64,000 bases of DNA from Alphaproteobacteria bacterium (GCA_965221125.1 CBDCRW010000004.1:96001-160000); one strand, 5' to 3'; positions 1-12,917 are shown, counted from the stretch's first letter. Notes: a model not told the origin generated them from the letters alone. Numbers and translations are program-made.

Positions 1-528
1 GACCGAGAGGTCGACCGTCCGCCCGCTCGCGTCGATGAGCGCCCTCAGCGCTTCGATCTTGCCGAGCTGGCTTTCTATGAACGTCTGACCGCCGAAGCCG
101 GGATTGACGCTCATCACCAGCACGAGATCGATGTCGCCCAGAACCTGCTCGACGGCGCTGATCGGCGTCGCCGGGTTGAGCGCGACTCCCGCCCGCTTGC
201 CCGTGTCCTTGATGCGCTGGAGCGTCCTGTGCAGGTGCGCGCCCGCCTCGGCGTGAACGGTGATGCAATCGGCACCGGCCTCGGCGAACGGCTCGATATA
301 GGGATCAGGCGGCGTGACCATCAGATGGACGTCGAAGGGCCGCGCGCTGTGCGGCCTGAGCGCCGCTACCACGCCCGCGCCCATGGTGAGGTTCGGCACG
401 AAGTGGCCGTCCATCACGTCGACGTGCAGCCAGTCGGCGCCGGCATCGGAGATCGCTCGCACCTCCTCGCCCAGGCGGGAGAAATCGGCCGCCAGGACGG
501 ACGCCGCGATCCGAAGCTCCTGCTGCAT
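1..528 (-). CDS. rpe: Ribulose-phosphate 3-epimerase (5' part; runs off window edge)
   Basis: Manual translation from ATG at 528: [23 protein letters not shown]...[18 protein letters not shown]...FDVHLMV...[12 protein letters not shown], the hallmark Rpe motifs. Confidence 0.95.
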   Translation of the reverse strand, partial: MQQELRIAASVLAADFSRLGEEVRAISDAGADWLHVDVMDGHFVPNLTMGAGVVAALRPHSARPFDVHLMVTPPDPYIEPFAEAGADCITVHAEAGAHLHRTLQRIKDTGKRAGVALNPATPISAVEQVLGDIDLVLVMSVNPGFGGQTFIESQLGKIEALRALIDASGRTVDLSV

Positions 529-547
529 GGCCGGGTCTGGTACCAGC

Positions 548-1861
548 TTAGCCAAGGTGCCGCAAGCGTGCGGCGAAGAAGCCGTCCATCCCGCCCTCGT
601 CCGCCCAGTGGCAGGGGAGCGTGCGGAGATCGCCGGCCGCCGTGACGGCCTCGCCAATGCCGGCAAGCTCGTCCGGCCGCACCGGCAGGCGCGCGAACCC
701 CGGCGACGCCGCGAGAAATGCGTCCACCTGGCGTTCGCATTCCTCCGGCTGGAGCGAGCAGCTCGCGTAGACCAGGAGCCCCCCCGGCGCCACCATGGCG
801 GCGGCGCGGGCCAGCAGCCGGCTCTGCGACGCGGCGAGGCGGGCCACGTCGGCCGGGCCGCGGCCGTGCGGAATATCGGGGTGGCGGCGGATGGTCCCGG
901 TCGCCGAACACGGCGCGTCGAGCAGAACCGCGTCGGCAGGCGCCGGCGGGCGCCAGTCCAGCGCATCGGCCTCGACGATCTCGGCTTCCAGCGCGAGCCG
1001 CGCGAGGTTCTCCCTGAGCCGGGCGAGGCGGGGGGCGGAGCGGTCGAGGGCGGTCACGTGTGCGCCGGCGGCCGCGAGCTGAGCGGTCTTGCCGCCGGGC
1101 GCTGCGCCGATCTCCAGCACCTGCTTGCCCGCGACCGGGCCGAGCAGGCGAGCCGGCAGCGCCGCCGCCGCATCCTGTACCCACCACGTGCCTGCCTCGT
1201 AGCCTGGGAGCCGCGTCACGTCGCCGGCACCGCGCAACCGCAGGGTGCCGCCGGTCAGGCGTTGCGCCCCGAGGGCAGCGCAGAGAGCGTCCGCCGGGCC
1301 CGGCGCGTCGGAGGCCAGCGAGAGGTCGAGCGGGGGCTCGCCCAGGTGGGCCTCGGCGATGGCCCGGCAGCGCGCCGCGCCGTAAGCCTGCGTCCAGCTT
1401 TGCCAGAGCCAGTCGGGGGTGTTGAGGCGGGCCGCATCGAGGCCGGCGATCGCGCCGTGCTCGCGGCTTGCCCGGCGCAGCACGGCGTTGACGAGCCCGC
1501 GGTAGGGCGCGAGCCTGGAGCCTTGCGCGAGCGCCACGGTGCTCGCCACCGCCGCGTGCGGCGCCGTTTCGAGGAAGGCCAGCTGGGCGAGCCCAAGCCT
1601 GAGCAGGTCCTGCACCGCGCCCCGCCGTGCCGGCAGCGGCCGTTCCATGAGCCCGGCCAGAAAGGCGTCGATCTGGCCGAGGCGGCGAAGCGTCGTCAGC
1701 AACAGCAGGCGCGCGAAGGCGGCGTCGCGCGAGGAGAGGGTGTTCAGTCCCGATGACGAGCCGAGCGCTTGGTCGAGGGTACGGCCCCGGCGCAGGATCG
1801 CGCCGAGCGCCTGGGCCGCGACCGCGCGTGCGCCCTGCGGCGGGCTACTGGTCGACGACAA
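548..1861 (-). CDS. rsmB: RsmB/NOL1/NOP2/Sun family rRNA m5C methyltransferase with N-terminal NusB-like domain
   Basis: Motifs [38 protein letters not shown]. Confidence 0.88.
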   Translation of the reverse strand: MSSTSSPPQGARAVAAQALGAILRRGRTLDQALGSSSGLNTLSSRDAAFARLLLLTTLRRLGQIDAFLAGLMERPLPARRGAVQDLLRLGLAQLAFLETAPHAAVASTVALAQGSRLAPYRGLVNAVLRRASREHGAIAGLDAARLNTPDWLWQSWTQAYGAARCRAIAEAHLGEPPLDLSLASDAPGPADALCAALGAQRLTGGTLRLRGAGDVTRLPGYEAGTWWVQDAAAALPARLLGPVAGKQVLEIGAAPGGKTAQLAAAGAHVTALDRSAPRLARLRENLARLALEAEIVEADALDWRPPAPADAVLLDAPCSATGTIRRHPDIPHGRGPADVARLAASQSRLLARAAAMVAPGGLLVYASCSLQPEECERQVDAFLAASPGFARLPVRPDELAGIGEAVTAAGDLRTLPCHWADEGGMDGFFAARLRHLG

Positions 1862-3008
1862 AGCCGTCGCGGTGGGGGCGCATGGTGACCGGGCGCTGGA
1901 TCGGCGGCCGGCGCGCCGCCGCGTCCGGTGTGATCGCCACGCCGAGGCCCGGCACGTCCGGGATGGCGACGAAGCCGTCCTCCATGGGCGGCACGCCCGT
2001 CACCACGTCCGAGCCGAGGAGCGCGAGGCTCGTCTCCATCTTCAGCGCCTCGAATCCGGTCGTGTACTCCTGGATCGCGAAGTTGGGGATCGCGGCGGCG
2101 AGGTGCAGGCAGGCAGCGAGACCCAAGGGCGAAAGCGGGTTGTGCGGCGCCACCATGACGTGATGGGCCTCGGCCATCGCGGCCACCTTGCGCGCACCCG
2201 TGATGCCGCCGCAGAGCGCCACGTCGACGCGCGCGAAGCCTGCGCCGTTGCGCGCGAAGAGGGCGCGGAAATCGTGCAGCGAGGCGTAGCGCTCGCCGGT
2301 CGCGATGGGCGCGTGCACGCGTCTCGCGACCTCGGCCATGGCGTCCGGGTTCTCCGGCCGGATCGGGTCCTCGCACCAGTAGGGCAGGTACTGCTCGATG
2401 CGCGGGATGAAGTCGATGGCCTCGGCAGGCGTGAGCCTGCGGTGCATCTCCAGCAGCATGTCGACCTCGGGGCCGAGCGCTTCGCGCACCCGGCGCACGG
2501 TGTCTGCCCCGCGGCCCATGTGAGCCACGTGGGGGGCGAAGAAGGGCTCGTCCTCGCGCTCGTCGAGGAAGGGGTTGATGTGGCCCACCGCGTTGAAGCC
2601 CGCCTCCTTCAGCGCGACGCAGTTCTCGACCAGCTCGTCGGTGGTCTTGCCGTAGGCGTGGCCGTAGACGCGTGCATGGGTCCGGCACGGCCCGCCGAGG
2701 AGGGAGTGGACCGGCACGCCCAGCGCCTTGCCCTTGATGTCCCAGAGCGCGATGTCGATGGCCGCGATGGCGCCGTTGATCGCGCCGCCCTGGAAGTGGC
2801 TGAAGCGGTGCATGAGGTTCCAGTGGCGCTCGATGGGCCCCGGGTCCTCGCCCACGAGATGGCCGGCGAAGGTCTCGATGGCCGCGCGCGAGGCTGAGAG
2901 ATGCCCCCAGGTGCCGGATTCGCCGAGCCCGGTGACGCCGGCATCCGTCTCGATCTCCACGAAGAGGAACTGGCCGATGGAGACCGGCGTGACTGCGGTG
3001 ATCTTCAT
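1845..3008 (-). CDS. Mandelate racemase/muconate lactonizing enzyme family (galactonate dehydratase-like)
   Basis: AIAAIDIALWDIKGKALGVPVHSLLG, EDP, ATGER, APHNP motifs; GGGAG RBS before ATG 3008. Confidence 0.85.
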   Translation of the reverse strand: MKITAVTPVSIGQFLFVEIETDAGVTGLGESGTWGHLSASRAAIETFAGHLVGEDPGPIERHWNLMHRFSHFQGGAINGAIAAIDIALWDIKGKALGVPVHSLLGGPCRTHARVYGHAYGKTTDELVENCVALKEAGFNAVGHINPFLDEREDEPFFAPHVAHMGRGADTVRRVREALGPEVDMLLEMHRRLTPAEAIDFIPRIEQYLPYWCEDPIRPENPDAMAEVARRVHAPIATGERYASLHDFRALFARNGAGFARVDVALCGGITGARKVAAMAEAHHVMVAPHNPLSPLGLAACLHLAAAIPNFAIQEYTTGFEALKMETSLALLGSDVVTGVPPMEDGFVAIPDVPGLGVAITPDAAARRPPIQRPVTMRPHRDGFVVDQ

Positions 3009-3027
3009 GGGCGCTCCCATCGCGGGG

Positions 3028-4197
3028 CTACTCCGCCGGCTCCAGCCGGAGCAGCATGCCGTCGGGGTGGTCGGTCAACAGGTAGATGAGGCCGTCCGGC
3101 CCCTGGCGCACGTCGCGGAAGCGCTCCTCCAGGTCTTCGAGCATGCGCTCCTCCACCACGGCCCTGCCGCCCGCGACCTCGAGCCGCACCAGCAGCTCGC
3201 CCGAGAGCGCGCCGGCAAAAAAACTCCCCCGCCAGGCGGGGAAGCGGTCTCCGTCGTAGATCGTCAGCCCCGACGGCGAGATCGACGGCACCCAGTAGTG
3301 CACGGGCTGGGCCATCCCCTCCTTGTGCGTCCCCTCGCCGATCTTGAAGCCCATGTAGCTCTTGCCGTAGGTGATGACGGGCCAGCCGTAGTTCACGCCC
3401 GGCTCGATCAGGTTCAGCTCGTCGCCCCCCTTGGGCCCGTGCTCGATGGCGTAGATCCGCCCCGTCGCCGCCTCCAGCGCCATGCCCTGCGGGTTGCGGT
3501 GGCCGATGGAATAGAGCTCGGGCCGCGCGCCCGCGGTGCCCACGAAGGGGTTGTCCGCCGGCACGCTGCCGTCGTCGTGGAGGCGGATGACGCTGCCGGC
3601 CGGGTCGCCCAGGTCCTGCGCGCGATCGGTGTCGCCCCGCTCGCCGGCGGTGACGAAGAGGTAGCCGTCGGCGAACACGAGGCGCGAGCCGAAGTGGCGG
3701 CCGCCGTCGTCGCGTGGCAGGGCGACGTAGATCTCCTCGACGTCTTCGAGCCGGTCGCCTGCGAGCCGGCCGCGGGCGACTGCGGTCGCCGCGTCGTCGC
3801 CGTCGGCGCTCGGGCTCGCGTAGGAGAGGTAGACTAGGCCGTTCTGCGCGAAGTCGGGGTGCAGCGCCACGTCGAGCAGCCCGCCCTGGCCGTCCGCCCA
3901 CACCGCAGGCACGCCCGCGACCGGCTCGGGCACGAGCCAGCCTTCGGCGACGATGCGGAGCCTGCCGGGGCGCTCGGTCACCAGCATCCGCCCGTCGGGC
4001 AGGAAGGCGAGGCCCCAAGGGTGCTCCAGCCCGTCCGTCACCTTGACCAAGTGGAAGCGCTCCTTGTCGCTCTCGTAGGTGCCGAGCCGTTCGGCCGCGG
4101 CGAGCGGCGGAGCCACGCCCAGGATAACCGCGGCCATCGCGAGCACCGCCCATGCGGCGCCTGTGCGTCGTGCCCCTTTACCGCGCGTCTTGGTCAT
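3028..4197 (-). CDS. PQQ-dependent soluble aldose sugar dehydrogenase (YliI/Asd-like)
   Basis: Signal peptide; GLEHPWGLAFLPDG, GQGGLLDVALHPDF, HFGSRL, GHRNPQG, EHGPKGGDELN, NYGWP. Confidence 0.9.
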   Translation of the reverse strand: MTKTRGKGARRTGAAWAVLAMAAVILGVAPPLAAAERLGTYESDKERFHLVKVTDGLEHPWGLAFLPDGRMLVTERPGRLRIVAEGWLVPEPVAGVPAVWADGQGGLLDVALHPDFAQNGLVYLSYASPSADGDDAATAVARGRLAGDRLEDVEEIYVALPRDDGGRHFGSRLVFADGYLFVTAGERGDTDRAQDLGDPAGSVIRLHDDGSVPADNPFVGTAGARPELYSIGHRNPQGMALEAATGRIYAIEHGPKGGDELNLIEPGVNYGWPVITYGKSYMGFKIGEGTHKEGMAQPVHYWVPSISPSGLTIYDGDRFPAWRGSFFAGALSGELLVRLEVAGGRAVVEERMLEDLEERFRDVRQGPDGLIYLLTDHPDGMLLRLEPAE

Positions 4198-4337
4198 CGC
4201 CTGCCCTCATCGCCGGTGCGTGGAACCTATCACCGCGCGGCGCGGGCGTGCCAGTGGCCGCGCCGGTCGCGGGGTTGCGGCAACGGGCGGCTTGGGCCAC
4301 CGTGCCCTCCCCGGACCACGCGACAGGATTGCGCGCC

Positions 4338-4913
4338 ATGACACGGCAGCTCAGCCCCGCCCTGCTGCAACGGGACCGTTCGGCCCTCGTCGTCATCGAC
4401 ATGCAGGAGCGCCTCATGCCCGCCATCGCCGAGGCGGACGCGGTGACCCGCGCGGCCGGCATCCTGATCGAGGCGTCGCGGCAGCTCGACGTGCCCGTGG
4501 TCGTCACCGAGCAGTACCGCAAGGGCCTCGGCCCCACCGTCGATGCCATCGCAAGCCGCCTCCCCAACGGCGCGCCGGTGGTGGACAAGATGACCTTCAG
4601 CGCGGCGCGCAACTTCGATTTCGCGTCGCAGATCGACGGTTTCAAGGCCGCGGGGCGCGATCACATCGTGATCTGCGGGGTCGAGAGTCACGTCTGCGTG
4701 ATGCAGACGGCCGCCGACCTCGACGCGCAAGGCTGCACCGTTCACATCGTGGCCGACGCCTGCAGCTCGCGCGCGCCCGCCAGCAAGGAGGCCGCACTGG
4801 CCCGCTTCGGGACCTTGGGGATCTCCCGCGTGACCACCGAGATGGTGGTGTTCGAATGGCTGGAGGCGGCCGGCACGCCGGAATTCAAGGCCGTCTCCCG
4901 CCTCGTCAAGTAG
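4338..4913 (+). CDS. Isochorismatase-family hydrolase
   Basis: LVVIDMQERL, VTEQYRKGLGPT, KMTFSA, GVESHVCVMQTA. Confidence 0.88.
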   Translation: MTRQLSPALLQRDRSALVVIDMQERLMPAIAEADAVTRAAGILIEASRQLDVPVVVTEQYRKGLGPTVDAIASRLPNGAPVVDKMTFSAARNFDFASQIDGFKAAGRDHIVICGVESHVCVMQTAADLDAQGCTVHIVADACSSRAPASKEAALARFGTLGISRVTTEMVVFEWLEAAGTPEFKAVSRLVK

Positions 4914-4967
4914 CCCCGCCACAATGGCCGCCCGCTCGTTTCGCGTCCCGCCAGCAGGGGGCGGATC

Positions 4968-5525
4968 GTGCTGACGCGCCGCACCGTGCTCGGCGCGGCC
5001 GCGGCAGTGGTTCTGCTTGGCAGTGCCGCGCCCCGCGCGACGGCGACGCAGACCATCCTGATCGGCGGCGGCACGGCGGACGGTGTCGAGACTCTGGCGG
5101 CCCGCCAGATCTGCGCGCTGGTGGACGAGCACGCCGGCCACAAGTACGGCTGCATCCCCCGCACGGCGCCGGGGTCGGCCTTCAACCTCCGCGCCATCGA
5201 GGTCGGCCTGATGGAATTCGGCTTCGTGCAATCGGAAGCGGCGCGCGAGGCCGTTGCCGGGTCGGGCGCGTGGACGGGCGAGCCGCTGGTGAGCCTGCAG
5301 AGCGCCTTCGGCCTGCAGCCCGAGAAGGCGCTGCTGGTGACCGGCGCGGGAATCGCCGACGATCTCGTCTACGACGTGGTGCGGACCGTCTTCGAGAACC
5401 TGGGCGTCCTCAGGAACGCCCATCCGGCGCTCGGCGGGCTCCAGCCTGCGGCGATGCTGCAGGGCCTGCCCGCGCCCATCCACCCCGGTGCCGCGCGCTA
5501 CTACGGCGAGCAGGGATGGCTGTGA
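4968..5525 (+). CDS. TAXI-family TRAP solute-binding protein, internally shortened (185 aa)
   Basis: Twin-Arg-like signal (TRRTVL); TAXI N-terminal motifs GSAFNL and FGFVQSE and C-terminal motifs VYDVVRTVFENL and PIHPGAARYY; central lobe absent. Confidence 0.7.
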   Translation: MLTRRTVLGAAAAVVLLGSAAPRATATQTILIGGGTADGVETLAARQICALVDEHAGHKYGCIPRTAPGSAFNLRAIEVGLMEFGFVQSEAAREAVAGSGAWTGEPLVSLQSAFGLQPEKALLVTGAGIADDLVYDVVRTVFENLGVLRNAHPALGGLQPAAMLQGLPAPIHPGAARYYGEQGWL

Positions 5526-5559
5526 GGGCAGGCATGACGATGGTTCGGGCTCGCTGACC

Positions 5560-6339
5560 ATGCGCCTCCTCTCCCGGCAGCGCGAGCCGACCATCCGCCG
5601 CTCCGACTGGGCGCCGGCGCCCGCGCGCGCGCCCGAGGGCGAGCGCATCTACGCCATCGGCGACATCCACGGCTGCCTCGACCTGCTCAAGATGCTGGTC
5701 GCAGCGATCGAGGAGGAGCAGCGCCTTCTGCCGCCCGCGCGGCCGACCCTTGTGTTTCTCGGCGACTACGTGGACCGGGGGCCGGACTCGTTCAGCGTCA
5801 TCGACTGGCTGTGCCAGCGCCCGCTGCCCGAGTTCGAGCGGGTGCACCTGCGCGGCAACCACGAAGAGTGGTTCGAGAATTTTCTTGCCGACATCTCGGT
5901 CGGGCCGAGCTGGCTCTACTGCGGCGGCGTGGCGACGCTGGCGAGCTACGGCATCCGCGCCGCTCTCGGCGAGGACGACCCCATGCGGCTCCGGGCGATG
6001 CAGGCGGACCTCGCGGCGGCGCTGCCCGCCCCGCACCGCCGCTTCCTCCGCGCGCTCGACCACTACCACGAGAGCGGCGGCTATCTCTTCGTCCATGCCG
6101 GCGTCAGGCCCGGCGTGCCGCTCGCCCAGCAGTCGCCCGACGACCTGATCTGGATCCGCGACGCCTTCCTGCACACGACCGCCGACCACGGCCACGTCGT
6201 CGTGCACGGCCACACCATCGTCAACGAGGCGCAGGTCTGCCCCAACCGCATCGGCATCGACACCGGCGCCTTCGCCACCAACGTGCTCACCTGCCTCGTG
6301 CTGGAGGCAGACCGCTACCGCTTGATTCAGACTGGGTGA
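5560..6339 (+). CDS. Calcineurin-like metallophosphoesterase (PrpA-type Ser/Thr phosphatase family)
   Basis: GDIHG, GDYVDRG, LRGNHE, FVHAG, VHGHT, GIDTG motifs. Confidence 0.9.
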   Translation: MRLLSRQREPTIRRSDWAPAPARAPEGERIYAIGDIHGCLDLLKMLVAAIEEEQRLLPPARPTLVFLGDYVDRGPDSFSVIDWLCQRPLPEFERVHLRGNHEEWFENFLADISVGPSWLYCGGVATLASYGIRAALGEDDPMRLRAMQADLAAALPAPHRRFLRALDHYHESGGYLFVHAGVRPGVPLAQQSPDDLIWIRDAFLHTTADHGHVVVHGHTIVNEAQVCPNRIGIDTGAFATNVLTCLVLEADRYRLIQTG

Positions 6340-6374
6340 GGGCTGTGCGGCAGGCCGGGCCGCGGCACGCGGGC

Positions 6375-6941
6375 CTATTCGGTCGGCAGGTCCGCCGGCT
6401 CCGCGCTGAGGGTGCGGAGGTAGACGAGCACGTTGCCACGGTCGCCGTCCTTGGAGACCCCCTTGAACGCCATCTTGGTGCCCGGCACGTTGCCCTTGGG
6501 ATCGGCGATGAAGGCGTTCAGGCGCTCGAAGTCCCACTCGCCCTCCAGCGCCGCCATGGCGTCGGAGAAGGCGAAGCCCTCGTGGCTCGCGATCGGCCGG
6601 TTCACGATGTTCCAGAGATTGGGGCCGACCTTGTTCTTGCCGCCTTCGTCCACGGTGTGGCAGGCGGCGCATTTCTTGAACACCTTCTGCCCCTTGGCGA
6701 CATCGGCGTCGTCCAGCAGCGCGGCGAGCGACATGGCCGGCATCTCGGGCTCGTCGGCCACTGCCTCGTCGTGCATGGCGTCGTCCTGCTCGAGGCCGGC
6801 GACCACGTAGTGGACGACACGCTCGTGGTGGCTGTGCTCGAGTTTGCCGAAGGCCGCAAGCGAAATGAGCCACGCCGTCATCGCGGTCAAGCCCGCAAAG
6901 AGGATCGCGCCGAAGACCTTGTTCAGCTCGTAGGTGTTCAT
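6375..6941 (-). CDS. Membrane-anchored cytochrome c (CycM/c2 family)
   Basis: N-terminal TM helix (ELNKVFGAILF), CAACH heme motif, KVGPNL, PGTKMAF. Confidence 0.9.
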   Translation of the reverse strand: MNTYELNKVFGAILFAGLTAMTAWLISLAAFGKLEHSHHERVVHYVVAGLEQDDAMHDEAVADEPEMPAMSLAALLDDADVAKGQKVFKKCAACHTVDEGGKNKVGPNLWNIVNRPIASHEGFAFSDAMAALEGEWDFERLNAFIADPKGNVPGTKMAFKGVSKDGDRGNVLVYLRTLSAEPADLPTE

Positions 6942-7131
6942 GCCGCCCGCTGGAGTGGGTGGAACCGGATCGTCGGGAGCCGACAGGGCGCGAGATTAGC
7001 CGCTTCATCCGGCCATGTCCAACCATCGTCGGCCCCGTTCACGATCCTCCTCGACAAGCGCGGCGCGGCGGCTTATCTGGCTCAGCAATGAGGAAGAGTC
7101 GCAGCATCTCCATGCGGGCGAGGGCGCGCCG

Positions 7132-7905
7132 GTGAGCGCCTCCGGCGCGCAGAGGTCGCCGCCCCGCAACCCGGTCGTGCTCATTCCGGCGCGCATGGCC
7201 TCGCAGCGGCTTCCCGGCAAGCCGCTCGCCGAGATCGCCGGGCGGCCGATGATCGTGCACGTGTGGGAGCGTGCCGAGGCCGCGGCGCTCGGCCCCGTGG
7301 TCGTCGCCTGCGCCGAGCCCGCCATCGCCGATGCCGTCGCGGGCGCCGGCGGACGAGCGGTGCTGACCCGTCCCGATCACGCCTCGGGCTCGGACCGCAT
7401 CTTCGAGGCGCTGCAGGCGATCGATCCGACAGTCCGGCACGACGCCGTGGTCAACCTGCAGGGGGACCTGCCCACCATCGACCCCGCGCTGCCGGCCCGC
7501 GCGCTGGCGCTCCTCGCGGACCCCGCGGTCGATGTCGGCACGCTCGCGGCCGAGATCGCCGATCCGGCGGAGCGGACGGATCCCAACGTGGTCAAGGCCG
7601 TGGTCTCCCATCGGCCGGGGGAGGCGCAGGGCCGCGCGCTCTATTTCACCCGCGCTGCCGCGCCCACGGGCGAAGGGCCGCTCTGGCACCATATCGGCCT
7701 CTACGCATACAGGCGCGAGGCGCTCGCCCGCTTCGTCTCGCTCCCGCCGAGCCCGCTCGAGCGCCGCGAGCGGCTGGAGCAGCTTCGCGTGCTTGAGGAC
7801 GGCATGCGCATCGAGGTCGCGTTCGTCGACACGGTCCCGCTCGGCGTCGACACGCCGGCGCAGCTCGAGCAGGCGCGGGCGCTGATCGCGGGCAATGGGG
7901 AGTAA
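7132..7905 (+). CDS. kdsB: 3-deoxy-manno-octulosonate cytidylyltransferase
   Basis: [41 protein letters not shown]; start codon uncertain (GTG 7132 chosen). Confidence 0.92.
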   Translation: MSASGAQRSPPRNPVVLIPARMASQRLPGKPLAEIAGRPMIVHVWERAEAAALGPVVVACAEPAIADAVAGAGGRAVLTRPDHASGSDRIFEALQAIDPTVRHDAVVNLQGDLPTIDPALPARALALLADPAVDVGTLAAEIADPAERTDPNVVKAVVSHRPGEAQGRALYFTRAAAPTGEGPLWHHIGLYAYRREALARFVSLPPSPLERRERLEQLRVLEDGMRIEVAFVDTVPLGVDTPAQLEQARALIAGNGE

Positions 7906-7912
7906 AGCGACG

Positions 7913-8449
7913 ATGATCGAACAGGTTCTCTCGTTCTGGTTCGAACGCCACGAGCCCGAGCAGTGGTGGGCCAAGGAGCCCGCCTTCGACGCGGCGATCT
8001 GCAGCGAGTTCGGCGCGCTTCACGCCAGCGCCGTCAAGGGCGAGCTCTACGACTGGCGCGAAGGGCCGGAAGGCCGCCTCGCCGAGATCATCGTGCTCGA
8101 CCAGTTCTCCCGCAATCTCTACCGCGACGACGCCCGCGCCTTCGCCTGCGACGGCATGGCGCTCGCGCTGGCGCAGGAGGCGCTGCGCGTGCACGCGGAC
8201 CGGGCGGTGCCGCTGGAGCGCCGAAAGTTCTTCTACATGCCCTACGAGCACAGCGAATCGCCCCGCATCCACGAGATCGCCGTGACCCTCTTCGCATCCC
8301 TCGACGATCCCGAGACCTTGAAATACGAGCTGCAGCACAAGGCGATCATCGACCGTTTCGGGCGCTACCCGCACCGCAACGCGGCGCTCGGGCGGACCTC
8401 GACGGCAGAGGAAATCGCCTTCCTCAAGACTCCCAACTCGTCGTTCTGA
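7913..8449 (+). CDS. DUF924 family protein
   Basis: VLSFWF, IIVLDQFSRN, FFYMPYEHSE, RFGRYPHRNAALGR signature. Confidence 0.85.
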   Translation: MIEQVLSFWFERHEPEQWWAKEPAFDAAICSEFGALHASAVKGELYDWREGPEGRLAEIIVLDQFSRNLYRDDARAFACDGMALALAQEALRVHADRAVPLERRKFFYMPYEHSESPRIHEIAVTLFASLDDPETLKYELQHKAIIDRFGRYPHRNAALGRTSTAEEIAFLKTPNSSF

Positions 8450-8540
8450 CCCGGCGCCCTGGCGCTGTTGACGCTCACCCCGGCGGGGGGCATGTTGCGC
8501 GCACTTCCCGGCGCGACGGCGCGGCACAGGACGGGGGCTC

Positions 8541-10562
8541 ATGCCTTCCACATCGGTTGAAGCGCGCGCTCAGCGCGCCGGTCACGCGGACATGGCGAAC
8601 GCGATCCGCGCCCTTTCCATGGACGCGGTGGAGCAGGCGCGTTCCGGCCATCCCGGCATGCCCATGGGCCTTGCCGACGTCGCGACCGTGCTCTTCGGCC
8701 GCATCCTCAAGTTCGATCCCGCCCGGCCCGACTGGCCCGACCGCGACCGCTTCGTGCTGTCCAACGGTCACGGCTCGATGCTGCTCTACGCGCTGCTCTA
8801 CCTGACCGGCTACCCCGATATCGACATCGACGAGATCCGCAACTTCCGCCAGCTCGGCAGCCGCACCGCCGGCCACCCGGAGTACGGGCTCGCCGCCGGG
8901 ATCGAGACCACCACCGGCCCGCTCGGCCAGGGCCTCGCCAACGCGGTCGGCATGGCGCTGGCGGAGCGCAGCATGGCCGCCCGCTTCGGCGCGGACCTGG
9001 TGGATCACCACACCTACGTCGTCTGCGGCGACGGCTGCCTGATGGAGGGCATCAGCCAGGAGGCGATCTCGCTCGCCGGCCATCTCAAGCTGGACCGCCT
9101 GATCGTCCTCTACGATTCCAACGACATCTCCATCGACGGCCCCACCAGCCTCGCCTTCTCCGACGACGCGCGCGCACGCTTCGAGTCCGCCGGCTGGCAC
9201 ACGCAGCAGGTCGACGGCCACGATCCCGAGGCCGTCGCCGCGGCGATCACGGCGGCCAAGGCCGAGCCCCGGCCCTCGATGATCGAGTGCCGCACGGTGA
9301 TCGGCTACGGCGCGCCGACCAAGGCGGGGACCGCCGCGAGCCACGGCGCGCCGCTCGGCGCGGACGAGATCGCCGGCACGCGCGAGAGGCTGGGCTGGTC
9401 CCACGCCCCCTTCGCGGTGCCCGATGCGGTCCTCGCCGCCTGGCGCGCCGCCGGCGCGCGGGGGAGGGCGGCACGCGAGGCCTGGGAAGCGCGCCGCGCC
9501 GCGCTCGACGAGGGCCGCCGCAGCGAATTCGACGCCGCCGTGGCGGGCGATCTCCCGGCCGGCCTCTCGGAGGCGCTCGCGGGCCTGAAGCGAACCTTCG
9601 CCGAGGAGGCGCCCACCATCGCGACACGGGTGGCGAACAAGCAGACGATCGGCGCCATCGCCGACGCCTTGCCGTCCCTCATCGGCGGCTCGGCGGACCT
9701 CACCGGCTCCAACGGCACCAAGACCGACGAACTCGTGCCGATCACGCCCGGCGACTACGGCGGCCGCTACCTCTATTACGGCGTGCGCGAGCATGCCATG
9801 GGCGCGGTGATGAACGGCATGGCGCTCCACGGCGGCGTCATCCCCTTCGGCGGCACCTTCCTCACCTTCACCGACTACTGCCGCCCGGCGATCCGGCTGT
9901 CCGCGCTCATGGAGCTTCGCGTCATCTACGTGATGACCCACGATTCCATCGGCCTCGGCGAGGACGGCCCGACCCATCAGCCGATCGAGCACCTCGCGAG
10001 CCTGCGGGCCATGCCCAACCTGCTGCTATTCCGGCCGGCCGATGCCGTCGAGACGGCGGAATGCTGGGAGCTTGCGCTCGCCAACGCCGAGCGTCCTTCC
10101 GTTCTGGCGCTCACCCGCCAGGGTGTGCCGTGCCTGCGCGCGGGCGGGGGCGGCAACGGCGCGGAGAACGCCTGCGCCCGGGGCGGCTACGTGCTGCGCG
10201 AGGCGAGCGCCGGGACGCCCCGCGTCGTCCTGCTCGCCACCGGCTCGGAATGCGCGATCGCCGACGAGGCGCGGCAGGCGCTGGAGGCGGATGGCGTGCC
10301 GACGCGGCTGGTCTCGCTCCCCTGCTGGGCGCTGTTCGACGCGCAGGAGCCCGCCTGGCGCGAGGGCGTGCTGGGCGGCAGCGATACCGTGCGCGTCGCG
10401 GTCGAGGCCGCGAGCCCCCTCGGCTGGGAGCGCTACGTGGGCCCCGCCGGCACCATCGTCGGGATGCAGGGCTTCGGCGCCTCCGCACCCGCCAAGGACC
10501 TTTACGCCCACTTCGGCATCACGGCCGACGCGGTCGTCGCCGCGGCCAAGGCCCGGCTGTAG
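8541..10562 (+). CDS. tkt: Transketolase
   Basis: [48 protein letters not shown]. Confidence 0.97.
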   Translation: MPSTSVEARAQRAGHADMANAIRALSMDAVEQARSGHPGMPMGLADVATVLFGRILKFDPARPDWPDRDRFVLSNGHGSMLLYALLYLTGYPDIDIDEIRNFRQLGSRTAGHPEYGLAAGIETTTGPLGQGLANAVGMALAERSMAARFGADLVDHHTYVVCGDGCLMEGISQEAISLAGHLKLDRLIVLYDSNDISIDGPTSLAFSDDARARFESAGWHTQQVDGHDPEAVAAAITAAKAEPRPSMIECRTVIGYGAPTKAGTAASHGAPLGADEIAGTRERLGWSHAPFAVPDAVLAAWRAAGARGRAAREAWEARRAALDEGRRSEFDAAVAGDLPAGLSEALAGLKRTFAEEAPTIATRVANKQTIGAIADALPSLIGGSADLTGSNGTKTDELVPITPGDYGGRYLYYGVREHAMGAVMNGMALHGGVIPFGGTFLTFTDYCRPAIRLSALMELRVIYVMTHDSIGLGEDGPTHQPIEHLASLRAMPNLLLFRPADAVETAECWELALANAERPSVLALTRQGVPCLRAGGGGNGAENACARGGYVLREASAGTPRVVLLATGSECAIADEARQALEADGVPTRLVSLPCWALFDAQEPAWREGVLGGSDTVRVAVEAASPLGWERYVGPAGTIVGMQGFGASAPAKDLYAHFGITADAVVAAAKARL

Positions 10563-10662
10563 CGCGCTCCAGGCGGGCGCAGGCCGCGCCCGCCGGCATC
10601 GCGGTTGACCGCCGCGGGCCGAGCCGATAGCAAGACGCGGCATCTCACGCATTGGAGGAAGC

Positions 10663-11667
10663 ATGACGGTTCGCATCGCCATCAATGGATTCGGGCGGAT
10701 CGGCCGCAACATCCTGCGCGCGATTCACGAATCCGGCCGCACCGATCTCACCGTGGTCGCCCTCAACGACCTGGGCGACGTGGAGACCAACGCCCACCTG
10801 CTGCGCTACGATTCGGTCCACGGGCGCTTCCCCGGCGCCGTCGCGGTGGCGGACGGCTCCATCGACATCGGCGCAGGGCCGATCCAGGTGCTGAGCGAGC
10901 GCGACCCCGCGCGGCTGCCTTGGGCAGACCTCGGCATCGACGTGGCGCTGGAGTGCACCGGGATCTTCACGGCGCGGGAGAATGCGGCGGCGCACCTGGA
11001 GGCGGGCGCACGCGCTGTGCTGATCTCGGCGCCCGGCACGGATTCCGACCTCACCGTGGTCTACGGCGTCAATCACCGGGCGCTCACGGCTGACCATCGC
11101 GTCGTCTCCAACGCGTCGTGCACCACCAACTGCCTGGCGCCGGTCGCCTCCGTGCTGCACGACGCCATCGGGATAGAGAGCGGCTTCATGACCACGGTCC
11201 ACGCCTACACGCTGGACCAGCCCGTGCTCGACACGCTGCACAAGGACCTGCGCCGCGCACGGGGCGCGGCGGGCTCGATGATCCCCACCTCCACCGGCGC
11301 TGCGCGTGCGGTCGGCCTCGTGCTGCCGGCCCTCGCCGGCAAGCTCGACGGCACCGCGGTCCGGGTGCCGACCGCCAACGTCTCGATGGTCGATCTCAGC
11401 TTCGTCGCCAAGCGCGCCACCTCGGTGGCCGAGATCAACGAAGCGGTGGCCAGTGCTGCCGCCGGCGCCATGGCGGGCGTGCTCGCCTACAGCGAGGAGC
11501 CGCTGGTCTCGGTCGACTTCAACCATCGGCCGGAAAGCTCCATCGTCGACGCCGGCCAGACCGCCGTGGTCGATGGCACCCTCGGCCGCGTGCTCTCGTG
11601 GTACGACAACGAGTGGGGTTTCTCGAACCGGATGGGCGACGTCGCAGCCCATCTGGGCAGCCTGTGA
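10663..11667 (+). CDS. gap: Type I glyceraldehyde-3-phosphate dehydrogenase
   Basis: [30 protein letters not shown]. Confidence 0.96.
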   Translation: MTVRIAINGFGRIGRNILRAIHESGRTDLTVVALNDLGDVETNAHLLRYDSVHGRFPGAVAVADGSIDIGAGPIQVLSERDPARLPWADLGIDVALECTGIFTARENAAAHLEAGARAVLISAPGTDSDLTVVYGVNHRALTADHRVVSNASCTTNCLAPVASVLHDAIGIESGFMTTVHAYTLDQPVLDTLHKDLRRARGAAGSMIPTSTGAARAVGLVLPALAGKLDGTAVRVPTANVSMVDLSFVAKRATSVAEINEAVASAAAGAMAGVLAYSEEPLVSVDFNHRPESSIVDAGQTAVVDGTLGRVLSWYDNEWGFSNRMGDVAAHLGSL

Positions 11668-11704
11668 CGGAGGGACGAGCCCCGCCGACCCTCCCCCGCG
11701 CAGC

Positions 11705-12910
<1,206 letters not shown>

Positions 12911-12917
12911 GCGGGCC

